This document shows, one piece after another, positions 51,679-62,896 of a DNA stretch of 64,000 nucleotides (position 1 is the stretch's first letter; each line of letters begins with the position of its first letter). The notes under the pieces were generated by a model. That model did not search any database and was not told the origin of the DNA. It saw only the letters and a list, made by a program, of their open reading frames with translations. The stretch lies in NCBI GenBank assembly GCA_965261975.1, contig CBDHEC010000024.1:32001-96000 (forward strand). The letters are read 5' to 3'. The DNA is from Alphaproteobacteria bacterium (GTDB lineage Bacteria; Pseudomonadota; Alphaproteobacteria; UBA6615). The position numbers and the translations under genes are program-made.

Positions 51679-53301
51679 ATGAACACGCAAACCGGACGGC
51701 CGGTCACCCTGGCACCCAACGGCCTCGTTACCTCGCCGCATTCGCTGGCCTCGGCAGCCGGGGTCGACGTGCTGCGCGCCGGCGGTTCGGCCGTCGATGC
51801 GGCGATGGCCACGAGCGCCGCCCTGGCCGTGCTCTACCCGCACATGACCAGCATCGGCGGCGATGCCTTCTGGCTGATCCACGACGCCAAGACCGGGGCG
51901 GTCAAATATCTTAACGGCGGCGGACGCGCCGCGGCCGGCGGCACCCTGGACGCCATGGCGGCCCGCGGCCTGTCCGACATCCCCTTCCGCGGCGTGATCC
52001 CCGCGACCCTGACGGTGCCCGGCGCGCTGGCGAGCTGGGACGAAGCGCACATGGCGTATGGCCGCCTGCCGCTGCCGCGCATCCTCGAGGCCGCGATCGG
52101 CTACGCGCGCGACGGCTTCCCGGTCACCGAGCGGCTGGCGGGACATATCGTCGAGCGTCGGGACGACCTGGGCGCCAACGAATATTCCGCGCGCATCTTC
52201 CTGCCCGACGGTACGCCGCCGGCGACGGGCACGAAGCTGGTCAACCCGGACCTCGCGCGCAGCCTCGAGCAATTCGCAGAGGCGGGCCGGGCCGGTTTCT
52301 ATGAGGGCGAGACAGCCGCCGAGATGGCGCGGTTCGCCGCGGCGGCGGGCGGCATCTTCACGGAAGCGGATTTCGCCGGTCAGACCGCGCGATGGGGCGA
52401 GCCCATTTCCAGCGAGTATCGCGGCGTCACCATCTACAACACGCCGCCCCCGACCCAGGGTTTCACGGTGCTGGAGATGCTCAACCTGATCGAGCCGTTC
52501 GAGCTCCACAAGCTGGAGATGCTGAGCCCCGAGCACATCCATCTTCTGGTCCAGGCCAAGCAGATCGCCTTTCACGACCGCGACCGGCTGCTCGCCGACC
52601 CCGACTTCATCGACGTGCCGGTCGACCAGCTGATCTCCAAGGCCTATGCCGACGAACGCCGCGGGCTGATCGACCTGGAGACCGCCCTGCCCTGGGACAA
52701 GGTGCCGTCGCATGGCAGCCTCGCGGGTGATACGGTCTACATGGCCGCCATCGACAGCGAGGGCAACGCCGTCTCTCTGATCCAGAGCCTGTTCGCGGCC
52801 TTCGGGTCGGGGCAGGTCGCGGGGCGTACCGGGATCATGCTGCAGAACCGGGCGAGCTATTTCTCACTCGACCCGGCGCACCCGAACCGGCTGGAGCCGG
52901 GGAAAATCCCCCAGCACACCCTGATGGCGTCAATGTCCAAGCGCGACGGCGAGCTCTGGTCCCTGCTCGGCACCCAGGGGGCCGACGGGCAGCCGCAGAT
53001 CCAGCTGCAACTGTTCACCGACATGATCGATTTCGGCCTGAACATCCAGGAGGCGCTGGAACTGCCGCGTTTCCTGTCGGGCCGCATTTCGCTGGGCGAG
53101 GCCCGCGACATGCTGCATCTCGAGGGACGCATGCCCGAGCCCGTCTTCGAAGGGCTGGCGTCACGCGGCCACAAGATCAACCGCTGGGCGGACTGGAACA
53201 ACCGCGCGGGCCAGGCCCATGGGATCGTGATCGAACCCGGCTCGGGGCTCTACACCGGCGGCTCGGACCCGCGCTCGGACGGCGCGGCGATCGGTTACTG
53301 A
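51679..53301 (+). CDS. Gamma-glutamyltransferase-family Ntn hydrolase (cytoplasmic, HpxW-like)
   Basis: GGSAVDAA, GGDAFW, TVPG, PPPTQG, autocleavage site GD|TVY, QNR, GSDPRSDG; no signal peptide. Confidence 0.9.
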   Translation: MNTQTGRPVTLAPNGLVTSPHSLASAAGVDVLRAGGSAVDAAMATSAALAVLYPHMTSIGGDAFWLIHDAKTGAVKYLNGGGRAAAGGTLDAMAARGLSDIPFRGVIPATLTVPGALASWDEAHMAYGRLPLPRILEAAIGYARDGFPVTERLAGHIVERRDDLGANEYSARIFLPDGTPPATGTKLVNPDLARSLEQFAEAGRAGFYEGETAAEMARFAAAAGGIFTEADFAGQTARWGEPISSEYRGVTIYNTPPPTQGFTVLEMLNLIEPFELHKLEMLSPEHIHLLVQAKQIAFHDRDRLLADPDFIDVPVDQLISKAYADERRGLIDLETALPWDKVPSHGSLAGDTVYMAAIDSEGNAVSLIQSLFAAFGSGQVAGRTGIMLQNRASYFSLDPAHPNRLEPGKIPQHTLMASMSKRDGELWSLLGTQGADGQPQIQLQLFTDMIDFGLNIQEALELPRFLSGRISLGEARDMLHLEGRMPEPVFEGLASRGHKINRWADWNNRAGQAHGIVIEPGSGLYTGGSDPRSDGAAIGY

Positions 53302-53310
53302 CGCTGGACG

Positions 53311-54546
53311 CTAGGGGCGGTGCAGGTCGACCGCGGTGCGGGTGAAGGTCCGCCGCCCGGCCTTGAAGCCGAAACGCGCCTCGGCGTTGATCGCCACCGC
53401 GTCGGCGGCCGTCTCCGCGTCCCAGACCACCAGGTCCGCCGCGTTGCCGACCGCGACACCGTAATCCTCGCGACCCAGGAACTTCGCGGGCCGGTCGGTC
53501 ATCATCGCGAAACACTCGGTCAGCTCGTCCCGCGTGCCGCGCTGGGCAACATTCGCGTACATGTTGGCGATCCGCATCAATGAGCCGTCGCCAAACGGCG
53601 TGAACGGATTGAGAATGTTGTTGGTGGACAGGCAACAATTCACACCGTGGGCGGCGAGCGCGTTGCCGTCGGCCACGCCGCGCATCACCGAATGGTCCTG
53701 ATGCCGGCCCACCGTAAACAGATCCGTTGCCGGCAACACCGTCAGGGTCACGCCGCTGTCGGACATCAGCTTGCCCAGGTCACGCAGCTTCTCCGGCGGC
53801 ATGGATGAGTATTTCGAGCCGTGGCCCACGGCCACGCAGCCGCCCCAGCCGATTTTGTCGGCAAGCTCGCAGACCTGGTAGATATCGAGATGATCATGGT
53901 TCGGGCCGACGTCGAGATGGATGTCGACATCGACGTCATACGCCTTGGCCAGCTCGAAGATACGGTTGATCTGTGCGGGGCCGTCTTCGTCGTAACTCGG
54001 CGCACCGCCGATGGCCGTCGCCCCGCGTTCAAGGGTCGCCACCAGATTGGCGTCACCCTCGGGCACGCCCGTCCAGCCCTCCTGCAGGAACACGCAGAGC
54101 TCGAGTTCGATGGCCCAGGCGTAATCCTTTGCCAGCTGCTCCAGCGCATCCACGCTCTTCAGGCCGACATTGGGGTCGACCTCCACATGGGTCCGCATAT
54201 GGGTACAACCGTGGGCAATCGCGGTCTCCAGCGAGGCACCGGCGCGCTTGTAGACATCCTCGACCGTGAAGCCCGGCTTCACCGCCGAGACGCGCTTCAT
54301 ATGGTCCACACCCCGGTCGGGTGCCGGCTCGGAGCGGTCGAGCAGGCGGGACTTGTCGAGATGGATGTGGGTTTCGATCAGTCCGCCGGACACCAGCCCG
54401 CCGTCCACATCGAGGCTCTCGACCGCCTCGGGCAGCTCTGCCTCGATCGCCGCGATGCGGCCCTCGGAAACGCCAATATCCTGTAACGGCGCATCGGCGT
54501 CGCCACCGACGATCCGCGCGTTGCGCAGCACCAGATCCAGACTCAT
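53311..54546 (-). CDS. Amidohydrolase, cytosine deaminase (CodA)-like fold
   Basis: HIHLDK, RTHVEV, QEG, DIHLD, GH, NPFTPFG, G.AADLVVWD. Confidence 0.85.
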   Translation of the reverse strand: MSLDLVLRNARIVGGDADAPLQDIGVSEGRIAAIEAELPEAVESLDVDGGLVSGGLIETHIHLDKSRLLDRSEPAPDRGVDHMKRVSAVKPGFTVEDVYKRAGASLETAIAHGCTHMRTHVEVDPNVGLKSVDALEQLAKDYAWAIELELCVFLQEGWTGVPEGDANLVATLERGATAIGGAPSYDEDGPAQINRIFELAKAYDVDVDIHLDVGPNHDHLDIYQVCELADKIGWGGCVAVGHGSKYSSMPPEKLRDLGKLMSDSGVTLTVLPATDLFTVGRHQDHSVMRGVADGNALAAHGVNCCLSTNNILNPFTPFGDGSLMRIANMYANVAQRGTRDELTECFAMMTDRPAKFLGREDYGVAVGNAADLVVWDAETAADAVAINAEARFGFKAGRRTFTRTAVDLHRP

Positions 54547-54652
54547 AGCCTACTCCCCGAAATGTTCCCGACGTCAGCGTAGTGCAGGGCTGCGGCCCGC
54601 GCAAAGGAACAGCACGCAAGGCAGGGCTGCGCCTGCCGACACCCCGCCGGCT

Positions 54653-54990
54653 TTACTTGCCGCCAGCCGTGTCCCCCGGCGCTTCGGCGCGCTCGTCGGG
54701 TCCGTAGTCGCGCAACACCTCGGCGACCCGAAGGCGGTAGTTCCAGAAAATGCCGCCGCGACCCTTCGCCTGCGCGATCTGATGTTTCGCATGGGTCCGC
54801 CAGGCTTTCACGGCCTCTTCGTCGCGAAAGAACGACAAGGCCAGGTACTTGCCCGGGTTGTAGATGCTCTCGAACCGCTCGACCGAGACGAATCCGTCGA
54901 TTTTCTCGAGCTCCGTCGCCAGATCATGGGCGATCCCGAGATAATCCTCGAGGCGCCCTTCGGCGGGCCAGACCTCGAAGATGACCGCGA

Positions 54991-54994
<4 letters not shown>
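54653..54994 (-). CDS. Antibiotic biosynthesis monooxygenase (ABM) family protein
   Basis: [32 protein letters not shown]...H..AQ..GR, YRLRVA.V.RDYG; ATGA overlap with the ACAD stop. Confidence 0.88.
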
Positions 54995-56229
<1,235 letters not shown>

Positions 56230-56334
56230 CTCTTCCCCCGGGAACAGGCCAACGAGCATTCCATCGTCCGAGCGGGTGCCGAACGTTGTGACTTCGCCTA
56301 GGATACCGGCATTGGAGTGAATAGGGGAATCGTC

Positions 56335-57108
56335 ATGAGCACGCCGTTCGACCTTTCGGGCAAAACCGCCATCGTCACGGGTTCGACCAAGGGCATCGGT
56401 CGCGCGATCGCATTCGCCCTGGCCGAGGCCGGCGCGAATGTTTCGGTTTCCAGCCGCGATGCCGGTCGCGTCTCCGAAACCGAAGCCATGCTGAAAGATG
56501 CCGGACACAACGTGGTCGGCGTGCCCTGCAATGTGGGCCGGAAAGACGAGCTGGAAAACCTCGTCGCGCGCACCAGAGAGACGCTCGGTCCGGTGGATAT
56601 CCTCGTCTGCAACGCAGCCATCAACCCCTATTACGGCCCTTCGATGGACATCCCCGACGATGTCTTCGCCAAGGTCATGCACACCAACATCCAGGCCCAG
56701 CTCTGGCTCGCGCAGCTGGTCGTGCCGGACATGAAAGAAAACGCGAAAGACGGCGGGGCGATCATCCTGGTTTCGTCGATCGGCGGCCTGCGCGGCAGCG
56801 ATGTGATCGGCGCCTACAACATTTCCAAGGCCGCCGACATCCAGCTCGCGAAGAACCTCGCCGTCGAGCTCGGCCCGGACAACATCCGGGTCAACGCCAT
56901 CGCACCGGGGCTGGTGAAAACGGATTTTGCGCGCGCGCTTTGGGAGAATCCGAAGTTCGCCGATCCGCGTATCGCCGCCACGCCGCTCAGGCGGCTGGGC
57001 GAGCCGGAAGATATCGCCGGGGCCGCCGTTTTCCTGGCGTCAGATGCCGGCCGCTGGATGACAGGCCAGACCCTGGTGATCGACGGTGGCGCGACGGTGC
57101 CGGTCTAA
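56335..57108 (+). CDS. SDR family oxidoreductase (DHRS4-like)
   Basis: [37 protein letters not shown]. Confidence 0.92.
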   Translation: MSTPFDLSGKTAIVTGSTKGIGRAIAFALAEAGANVSVSSRDAGRVSETEAMLKDAGHNVVGVPCNVGRKDELENLVARTRETLGPVDILVCNAAINPYYGPSMDIPDDVFAKVMHTNIQAQLWLAQLVVPDMKENAKDGGAIILVSSIGGLRGSDVIGAYNISKAADIQLAKNLAVELGPDNIRVNAIAPGLVKTDFARALWENPKFADPRIAATPLRRLGEPEDIAGAAVFLASDAGRWMTGQTLVIDGGATVPV

Positions 57109-57126
57109 TCCCGGGCGTTGCCCCGC

Positions 57127-59256
57127 TCAAGCCGTCCGGCCCGCGTCCCATTCCTTGAAGCTGGAACCGCCATCCGCCAACTCCCGCAGAAGTGCTGCGG
57201 GTTCCCATTTGTCGCCCCACTCACCGTGGTAGCGGTCCATGGTCGCGACGATCTCCGGCAAGCCGACCATGTCGGCATAGAACATCGGGCCGCCGCGCCA
57301 GCGCGGGAATCCGTAGCCGTGAAGCCAGATGACATCGATATCCGACGACCGGATCGCCATGCCCTCTTCGAGAATTTTCGCGCCCTCATTTATCAACTGA
57401 TAAATACAGAGCTGCAGAATTTCCGAATCCGTGATCGCGCGCCGGGTAATCCCCATTTCCTCGGACCGCGCGGTGATCAGGGTCTCGATCTCATCGTCCG
57501 GCACCGCGTTGCGGCCCTCATAGCGATACCAGCCGGCACCGGTTTTCTGTCCGAAGCGTCCCTTCTCGCAGATCCGTCCCAGCAGGGGTGAAAACCGCTC
57601 ATCGGCGGGACGCGTTTCGGCCCGGCGCTGCTCGATCGCCCAGCTGATATCGAGACCGGCCAGGTCCGAAACCCGGAACGGGCCCATGCGGAAACCAAAC
57701 TCCTCCATGACCCGGTCGACGTCCTGGGGGGAGGCGCCTTCCTCAACCAAAAAGTCTCCCTGACGCCAGAACGGCGCCAGCATCCGATTGCCCACAAACC
57801 CGTCGCACACGCCGACCACGACACCGGTCTTCCCGATCCGGGCCGACAGATCGAGCACGGTTGCAATAACCTCTTTATCTGTCTTCTCGGCTCGTACGAT
57901 CTCGAGCAGGGTCATGACGTTCGCGGGGCTGAAAAAATGCAGGCCCAGCACGTCGCCCGGCCGTTTGGTGACGGCCGCGATCTCGTCCACGTCGAGGGTC
58001 GACGTGTTGGTCGCCAGAATGGCGCCGTCGCGGGCAAGCGCGTCCAACTCACCGAATATCTTCTGCTTGATGTCCATTTCTTCAAACACGGCTTCGATGA
58101 TCAGGTCGGCCTCGGCTGCCGCGTTGACGCCGACCGCGCCGGTGATCAACGCCATGCGTGTTTCCATGTCTTCAGCGCTCAGGCGGCCGCGGTCGCGGGT
58201 GGCCGCATAATTTTCCCTGATCCGCGCAATTCCCCGGTCGAGCGCGGACTGTCCCGAATCGATCAATGTCACCGGCATGCCAGCGTTGGCGAACGACATG
58301 GCAATTCCGCCGCCCATCGTACCCGCCCCGATGATCGCCACTCGTTCAATGGTTCGCTTCGGGGTATCCGCGGGAATGTCGGGAATCTTGGAAACCTGTC
58401 GTTCGGCGAAGAACGCGTGTACCAACGACCGGGACTCATCGGATGCCACCGCCTCGGTGCTGATTTCCGCCTCGCGGGCCCATCCGTCGGCGAACGACAT
58501 GGTCAATGTATTCGCGACACTTTCGAGGCACCTGAACGGCGCCCGCATGCCGCGCGCGGTTTTTTCGAGTTTCTGGCGGATTTCGCCGACCAGCGCCTCG
58601 CCGGCTTCGACATCCAGATCGATCGGCATTTCGCTGACCCGGCGCGGACCGATATCACCGGCGACCAGGTCTTCGGCAAACCTGACCGCATCGGCGCAGA
58701 CATCATCGTCCTCCGCCACCCGGTCGACGAGGCCGATCTCCAGCGCTTTGGGCCCATCCACCGACGCGGCGCTGGTGATCATCTCAGCCGCGGTGCGAAA
58801 GCCAACAAGACGTGGCAGGCGTTGCGTGCCGCCCGCACCAGGGATGACACCGCGCAGGACCTCCGGCAGGCCGAGTCGGGCATCGCGATGGGTGACCCTG
58901 TAGTGGCAGCCGAGCGCGAGCTCCAGGCCGCCGCCCAGTGTCGGCCCGTGGATTGCCGCCACTACCGGCTTGTCCATCGCCTCGATCAGATTCATCAGAT
59001 CACGCGTCATGGGCCGGACCTGGCGGTCGGGCGTGTTGAACTCGCGGATGTCGGCGCCACCACACAGGTTGCGGCCATTCCCGGAAATCACCACCGCCCT
59101 CGTCATATGGTCGCCGGCCGCCGTCTCGAGATAGTCGGCGATCGCCATTCGCACTTGTTTCGCAAGCGCGTTGACCGGCGGGTTGTTGATGGTGATCACA
59201 GCAACCGCACCGAAATTGCGATACTGCACAGGCTCGTTCGAACTGTTGCTGTTCAT
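57127..59256 (-). CDS. Second bifunctional enoyl-CoA hydratase / 3-hydroxyacyl-CoA dehydrogenase (FadB-like)
   Basis: NPPVNAL, GADI, GGGLE, PGAGGTQRLPR, GAGTMGGG, NTSTL, GLHFFSPA, GFVGNRM. Confidence 0.93.
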   Translation of the reverse strand: MNSNSSNEPVQYRNFGAVAVITINNPPVNALAKQVRMAIADYLETAAGDHMTRAVVISGNGRNLCGGADIREFNTPDRQVRPMTRDLMNLIEAMDKPVVAAIHGPTLGGGLELALGCHYRVTHRDARLGLPEVLRGVIPGAGGTQRLPRLVGFRTAAEMITSAASVDGPKALEIGLVDRVAEDDDVCADAVRFAEDLVAGDIGPRRVSEMPIDLDVEAGEALVGEIRQKLEKTARGMRAPFRCLESVANTLTMSFADGWAREAEISTEAVASDESRSLVHAFFAERQVSKIPDIPADTPKRTIERVAIIGAGTMGGGIAMSFANAGMPVTLIDSGQSALDRGIARIRENYAATRDRGRLSAEDMETRMALITGAVGVNAAAEADLIIEAVFEEMDIKQKIFGELDALARDGAILATNTSTLDVDEIAAVTKRPGDVLGLHFFSPANVMTLLEIVRAEKTDKEVIATVLDLSARIGKTGVVVGVCDGFVGNRMLAPFWRQGDFLVEEGASPQDVDRVMEEFGFRMGPFRVSDLAGLDISWAIEQRRAETRPADERFSPLLGRICEKGRFGQKTGAGWYRYEGRNAVPDDEIETLITARSEEMGITRRAITDSEILQLCIYQLINEGAKILEEGMAIRSSDIDVIWLHGYGFPRWRGGPMFYADMVGLPEIVATMDRYHGEWGDKWEPAALLRELADGGSSFKEWDAGRTA

Positions 59257-59463
59257 GTTCCTTCAGATCGCATCGTGCGGCGTGGATTCCAGATTTACAC
59301 TTCACGAGAATTCTTCACAATCATCCAAATGTCTGGACCGCGTTCAGCGTATGGCTGCCGCGCCATACCATGGTACCCGACAGCTCGCGCAACCCTCTGT
59401 CGATTGCTAAAATACGCGTCCCAGCCTCTCAGTTGGCCGCACCGGCCGGACAAGCGGAAAACC

Positions 59464-60858
59464 ATGAGCGAACTAGTGAGAGCGCGGTTCAACACCGCAC
59501 AATTGTTCGGATTGCTGACAACGATCGTCGCGGCAATCCTGCTCGCGGCACCGCTATGGACCGAAACGCCCGGCGTCCTGCCCGCCGCCGGCGTGATCCT
59601 GTTCGCCATCGGTTTTTGGGCCACCGACGCGATCCCGCCCTACATCACGGCGCTGCTTCTGTTCCTGCTGACGGTGGTGTTCTCGATCGCGCCACCGAAC
59701 GTCGCCTTCTCGGGCTTCCATGCCAGCGCCACCTGGCTGGTGTTCGGCGGCTTCGTTATCTCGATCGCGGTCCACAAATCCGGCCTCGCCGCCCGCATGG
59801 TCCAGGCGCTGATGGCCCATCTGCCGGCACGCTACCTGCTGATGGCCGGGGGTCTGGCGATCGGCGGCATGCTGCTCAGTTTCATCATGCCCTCGGCGTC
59901 GGGACGCGCCATCATGATGGCGCCACTGGCCGTCGCGGTCGCGACCGAACTAGGGTTCGGCGAGAACACGCGCGCGCGCCACGGCCTGGTTCTTGCCGCC
60001 GGCTGGGGGACGACGATCCCCGCCTTCGGAATTCTGCCGTCCAACGTCGTCAACATGGCCTTCGTCGGCGCATCCGAAAGCATCTTCGACATCGGCTTCA
60101 CCTATTTCGGTTACACCTTCCTGAACTTCCCGGTGGTCGGATTTCTCGGCGCGCTCGTCGTGATCGTGCTGATCACCATCCTGTTCGGCGCGAAGCCCGA
60201 ACCCAAGGGCAAGCCGGCGATGCAGACGGGCTGGAGCAGCGCCGAGCGCCGCCTGATGGGCATCATGTTGATCGCCCTGGCGCTGTGGATGACGGACTCG
60301 CTGCACGGCATCTCGCCGGCCTGGGTCGCACTCGCCGCCGCGTTGCTCTGCATCACCCCCGGGATCGGCATGCTGCAGGCCTCGGTCATCACATCGGAAG
60401 TCAACTACGGGGCGTGGCTGTTTGTGGCCGGCGTGATCGGCATGGGCGCGATCGCCAACCATTCCGGGGTCGGCGGCGCGATGGGCGAACTTCTGCTCGC
60501 GCATATCCCGCTGACCCATGACGGCGGCATCGTCACCTTCTACGAAATCTTCGCGATCAGCGCCGCCGTGGGCGTGGTCACGACCTTTCCTGCCGTCCCC
60601 CCGATCGTGACCTCCTTCTCCGACGCCATCGCGCAAGCCACCGGCTGGCCTTTGAAGTCCGTGCTGCTGGTCCAGGTCCCAAGCTGGATGATCTACCCCT
60701 TCCCCCATGAAGCACCGCCGGTGGCGATGGCCATGGCTGTTGGCGGTGTACCCATGCGTGAGGCGTTTCGGTTGACCTCGGTCTACTTCGTGATCGGTAT
60801 TCTGCTCATCTTGCCCCTGCAATATCTGTGGGGCCGGATGCTCGGCGTCTATTTCTAG
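59464..60858 (+). CDS. SLC13/DASS family (di/tricarboxylate or anion) permease
   Basis: Highly hydrophobic; FSGF, GLAAR, MPSASGR, PSNVVN, LWMTDSLHGI.PAW, FPHEAPP. The true start is ATG 59464 inside the 973-aa ORF. Confidence 0.85.
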   Translation: MSELVRARFNTAQLFGLLTTIVAAILLAAPLWTETPGVLPAAGVILFAIGFWATDAIPPYITALLLFLLTVVFSIAPPNVAFSGFHASATWLVFGGFVISIAVHKSGLAARMVQALMAHLPARYLLMAGGLAIGGMLLSFIMPSASGRAIMMAPLAVAVATELGFGENTRARHGLVLAAGWGTTIPAFGILPSNVVNMAFVGASESIFDIGFTYFGYTFLNFPVVGFLGALVVIVLITILFGAKPEPKGKPAMQTGWSSAERRLMGIMLIALALWMTDSLHGISPAWVALAAALLCITPGIGMLQASVITSEVNYGAWLFVAGVIGMGAIANHSGVGGAMGELLLAHIPLTHDGGIVTFYEIFAISAAVGVVTTFPAVPPIVTSFSDAIAQATGWPLKSVLLVQVPSWMIYPFPHEAPPVAMAMAVGGVPMREAFRLTSVYFVIGILLILPLQYLWGRMLGVYF

Positions 60859-60895
60859 GGCAAGGCCCTCTCAAACAGGAAAAGGGAGACACCCC

Positions 60896-61207
60896 ATGCT
60901 GTTCATGGTGCGAATCAAGGTTGAACTGCCGGGCGAGATGGACCCGGCGAAGGTCAAGGCGCTGGGCGACGCGGAGGCCGACCGGGCGATCGAGCTGATC
61001 CAGGCCGGCCGGATGCGCAAGGTCTGGCGGATCGTCGGCGAACGCGCGAACTTCTCGATCTGGGAAGCCGACAGCCTGGAAGACTTCCACGCCGACATTT
61101 CCTCGCTGCCGCTCCACCCCTGGATGACCGTCGAGGTCACGCCGATGATCGAGCATCCGGCCACACAGGCCTATGAGGATCGCGTCGGGCCCTTCCCGAC
61201 AATCTAG
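60896..61207 (+). CDS. catC: Muconolactone delta-isomerase family protein
   Basis: MLF.V...V.LP, E27, WRIVG..AN.S, H..ISSLPL.PWM..EVTP...HP. Confidence 0.8.
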   Translation: MLFMVRIKVELPGEMDPAKVKALGDAEADRAIELIQAGRMRKVWRIVGERANFSIWEADSLEDFHADISSLPLHPWMTVEVTPMIEHPATQAYEDRVGPFPTI

Positions 61208-61217
61208 GCGCAGCGGC

Positions 61218-62021
61218 CTAGTAGCCGCGCTCGGCCTTGAGTTCGGAGACCGGACGGAAATAGTCCGGGTAACGCTCGGAAATACGCGCGCCGGGATAGA
61301 AGGCGGCCGCGAAGGACGGCCGTTCGCGAATGCGCGCGAGCCAGGCCGTCATCTCGGGCAGATCGTCTTCCCACAGGAAGGCATAGCCAAGATCGTCCAT
61401 GCGATCGATCAGCGGCGTCACCTGGGCATCCACCATCGTGTACTGATCCCCCATGATCCACGGCCCGCCGAGTTCGTTGATCGTCGCGTCGATCCGCTCG
61501 CAGGTCTGCCTGATCTGGAACTCGGCATTTTCGAGTTCGTCCTTGCCGAAGCCGGTCTGGGACATGCGCTGATAGAACTGCTTGCGAAGCGGCAGCCGGT
61601 CCGCATGGGCGGCGAACTCGTCATTGCTCGCCTTGGCGAACCGCATGGGCGCCAGCATGTTGGCAAAGGTCGGCACGCGCACCGCGACCGTCGGCACCTC
61701 GTCGATGTAACGCATCCAGGCGCGCATCCGGGCGCGCCCGACCGCATCGCCGGGCGCCAGTGCGGGATCGGGAATAATCTCCTCGAGATACTCCAGAATA
61801 GCCGAGGATTCGATCAGGATCGTGCCGTCATGCACGAAGGTCGGGACCACGCCATTGGGATTGATCTTCAGATAGTCCGGCTCGAGCTGCTCGAACTTTC
61901 CCAGATCGATGTCGTGCTCGACCCAGTCCTTGTTCATTTCAGGCAGGCCCTTCTCGGCCAGAGTGATTCGCACCTTCTGGCTGCAGGTCGACTGGGGCGC
62001 CTGATACATCTCGATCTTCAT
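61218..62021 (-). CDS. Glutathione S-transferase family protein (paralog B)
   Basis: STCSQKVR, YLKINPNGVVP, ESSAILEYL, GPWIMG..YT.VD; start at ATG 62021. Confidence 0.92.
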   Translation of the reverse strand: MKIEMYQAPQSTCSQKVRITLAEKGLPEMNKDWVEHDIDLGKFEQLEPDYLKINPNGVVPTFVHDGTILIESSAILEYLEEIIPDPALAPGDAVGRARMRAWMRYIDEVPTVAVRVPTFANMLAPMRFAKASNDEFAAHADRLPLRKQFYQRMSQTGFGKDELENAEFQIRQTCERIDATINELGGPWIMGDQYTMVDAQVTPLIDRMDDLGYAFLWEDDLPEMTAWLARIRERPSFAAAFYPGARISERYPDYFRPVSELKAERGY

Positions 62022-62791
62022 TCGGACTCTCCGTCGGCAAAAAATTGCGGATACTTGTCGCTGACATTCGTGTTGGCATAGAACGCCGTCGAAAATGACG
62101 GGCGCGCCTTGATACGTTCGAACCAGGCCGTCATCTCGGGCAGGTCGGGTTCCCAGACCGGGCCGTAGCCAAGATCGGCCATGCGTTGAATCAGCGGTGT
62201 CAGCGTAACGTCGATGAGCGTGTACTGCGCGCCCAGGATCCAGGGGCCGCCGGTCTCGCGCACCGCGGCATCGATGCGTTCGCACGTCTGGCGTATCTGT
62301 GCAATCGCATTGTCCATCTCCTCTTCCGAGAAGCCGTCCACCTGTCCCATGCGGCGATAGAACGCCTTTCGGAGCGGCATTTTCTCGACCCGCGCCTCGA
62401 AATCCTCAGGCGCCGCATTCTCATAGCGCAGCGGCCTGAACACCTTGTTGAAAGATGGGACACGAACCGCCGGGGTCGGCACCTCTTCCATGTAACGCAT
62501 CCATATCCGCAGCCGCGCGCGTCCCAGCGCATCGGCCGGCGACAGGGAAGGTTCGGGATGGATCTCATCGAGATACTCGACAATCACCGAGGATTCGATC
62601 ACCGGTTCGCCGTCGTGGATAAGGGTGGGTACGACCCCGTTCGGGTTGAGCTTGAGATAGTCATCCGTCAGGTGATCGCCCGATGCGAAATGCATCACAT
62701 GGCTCTCCCAATCGAGCCCCTTTTCAGCGAGGCAGATGCGCACCTTCTGGCTGCAGGTCGAATGATCTGAATGATAGAGCTCAAGCCCCAT
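62018..62791 (-). CDS. Glutathione S-transferase family protein (paralog A)
   Basis: STCSQKVR, YLKLNPNGVVP, ESSVIVEYL, GPWILG..YT.ID; start at ATG 62791 after GGAG. Confidence 0.92.
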   Translation of the reverse strand: MGLELYHSDHSTCSQKVRICLAEKGLDWESHVMHFASGDHLTDDYLKLNPNGVVPTLIHDGEPVIESSVIVEYLDEIHPEPSLSPADALGRARLRIWMRYMEEVPTPAVRVPSFNKVFRPLRYENAAPEDFEARVEKMPLRKAFYRRMGQVDGFSEEEMDNAIAQIRQTCERIDAAVRETGGPWILGAQYTLIDVTLTPLIQRMADLGYGPVWEPDLPEMTAWFERIKARPSFSTAFYANTNVSDKYPQFFADGESE

Positions 62792-62896
62792 GGCCTGCTT
62801 CTCCCGAAATGTTGAAGCGCCTTCTATGGACGCAATCTTCGAAGCCATTATACCAAGGGCGACGACAAACTTCGCGACCGCCGGTCAACAACTGCC

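Noticed and set aside
54584-54631. Repeat GCAGGGCTGCG x2 upstream of the amidohydrolase, considered as a riboswitch or operator
   Set aside because: GC-rich short repeat with no recognisable riboswitch consensus.
57937-59463. Apparent 973-aa fusion ORF ending in the DASS permease
   Set aside because: The first ~510 codons are mostly the antisense shadow of the FadB-like gene plus intergenic DNA; the hydrophobic permease starts at ATG 59464.
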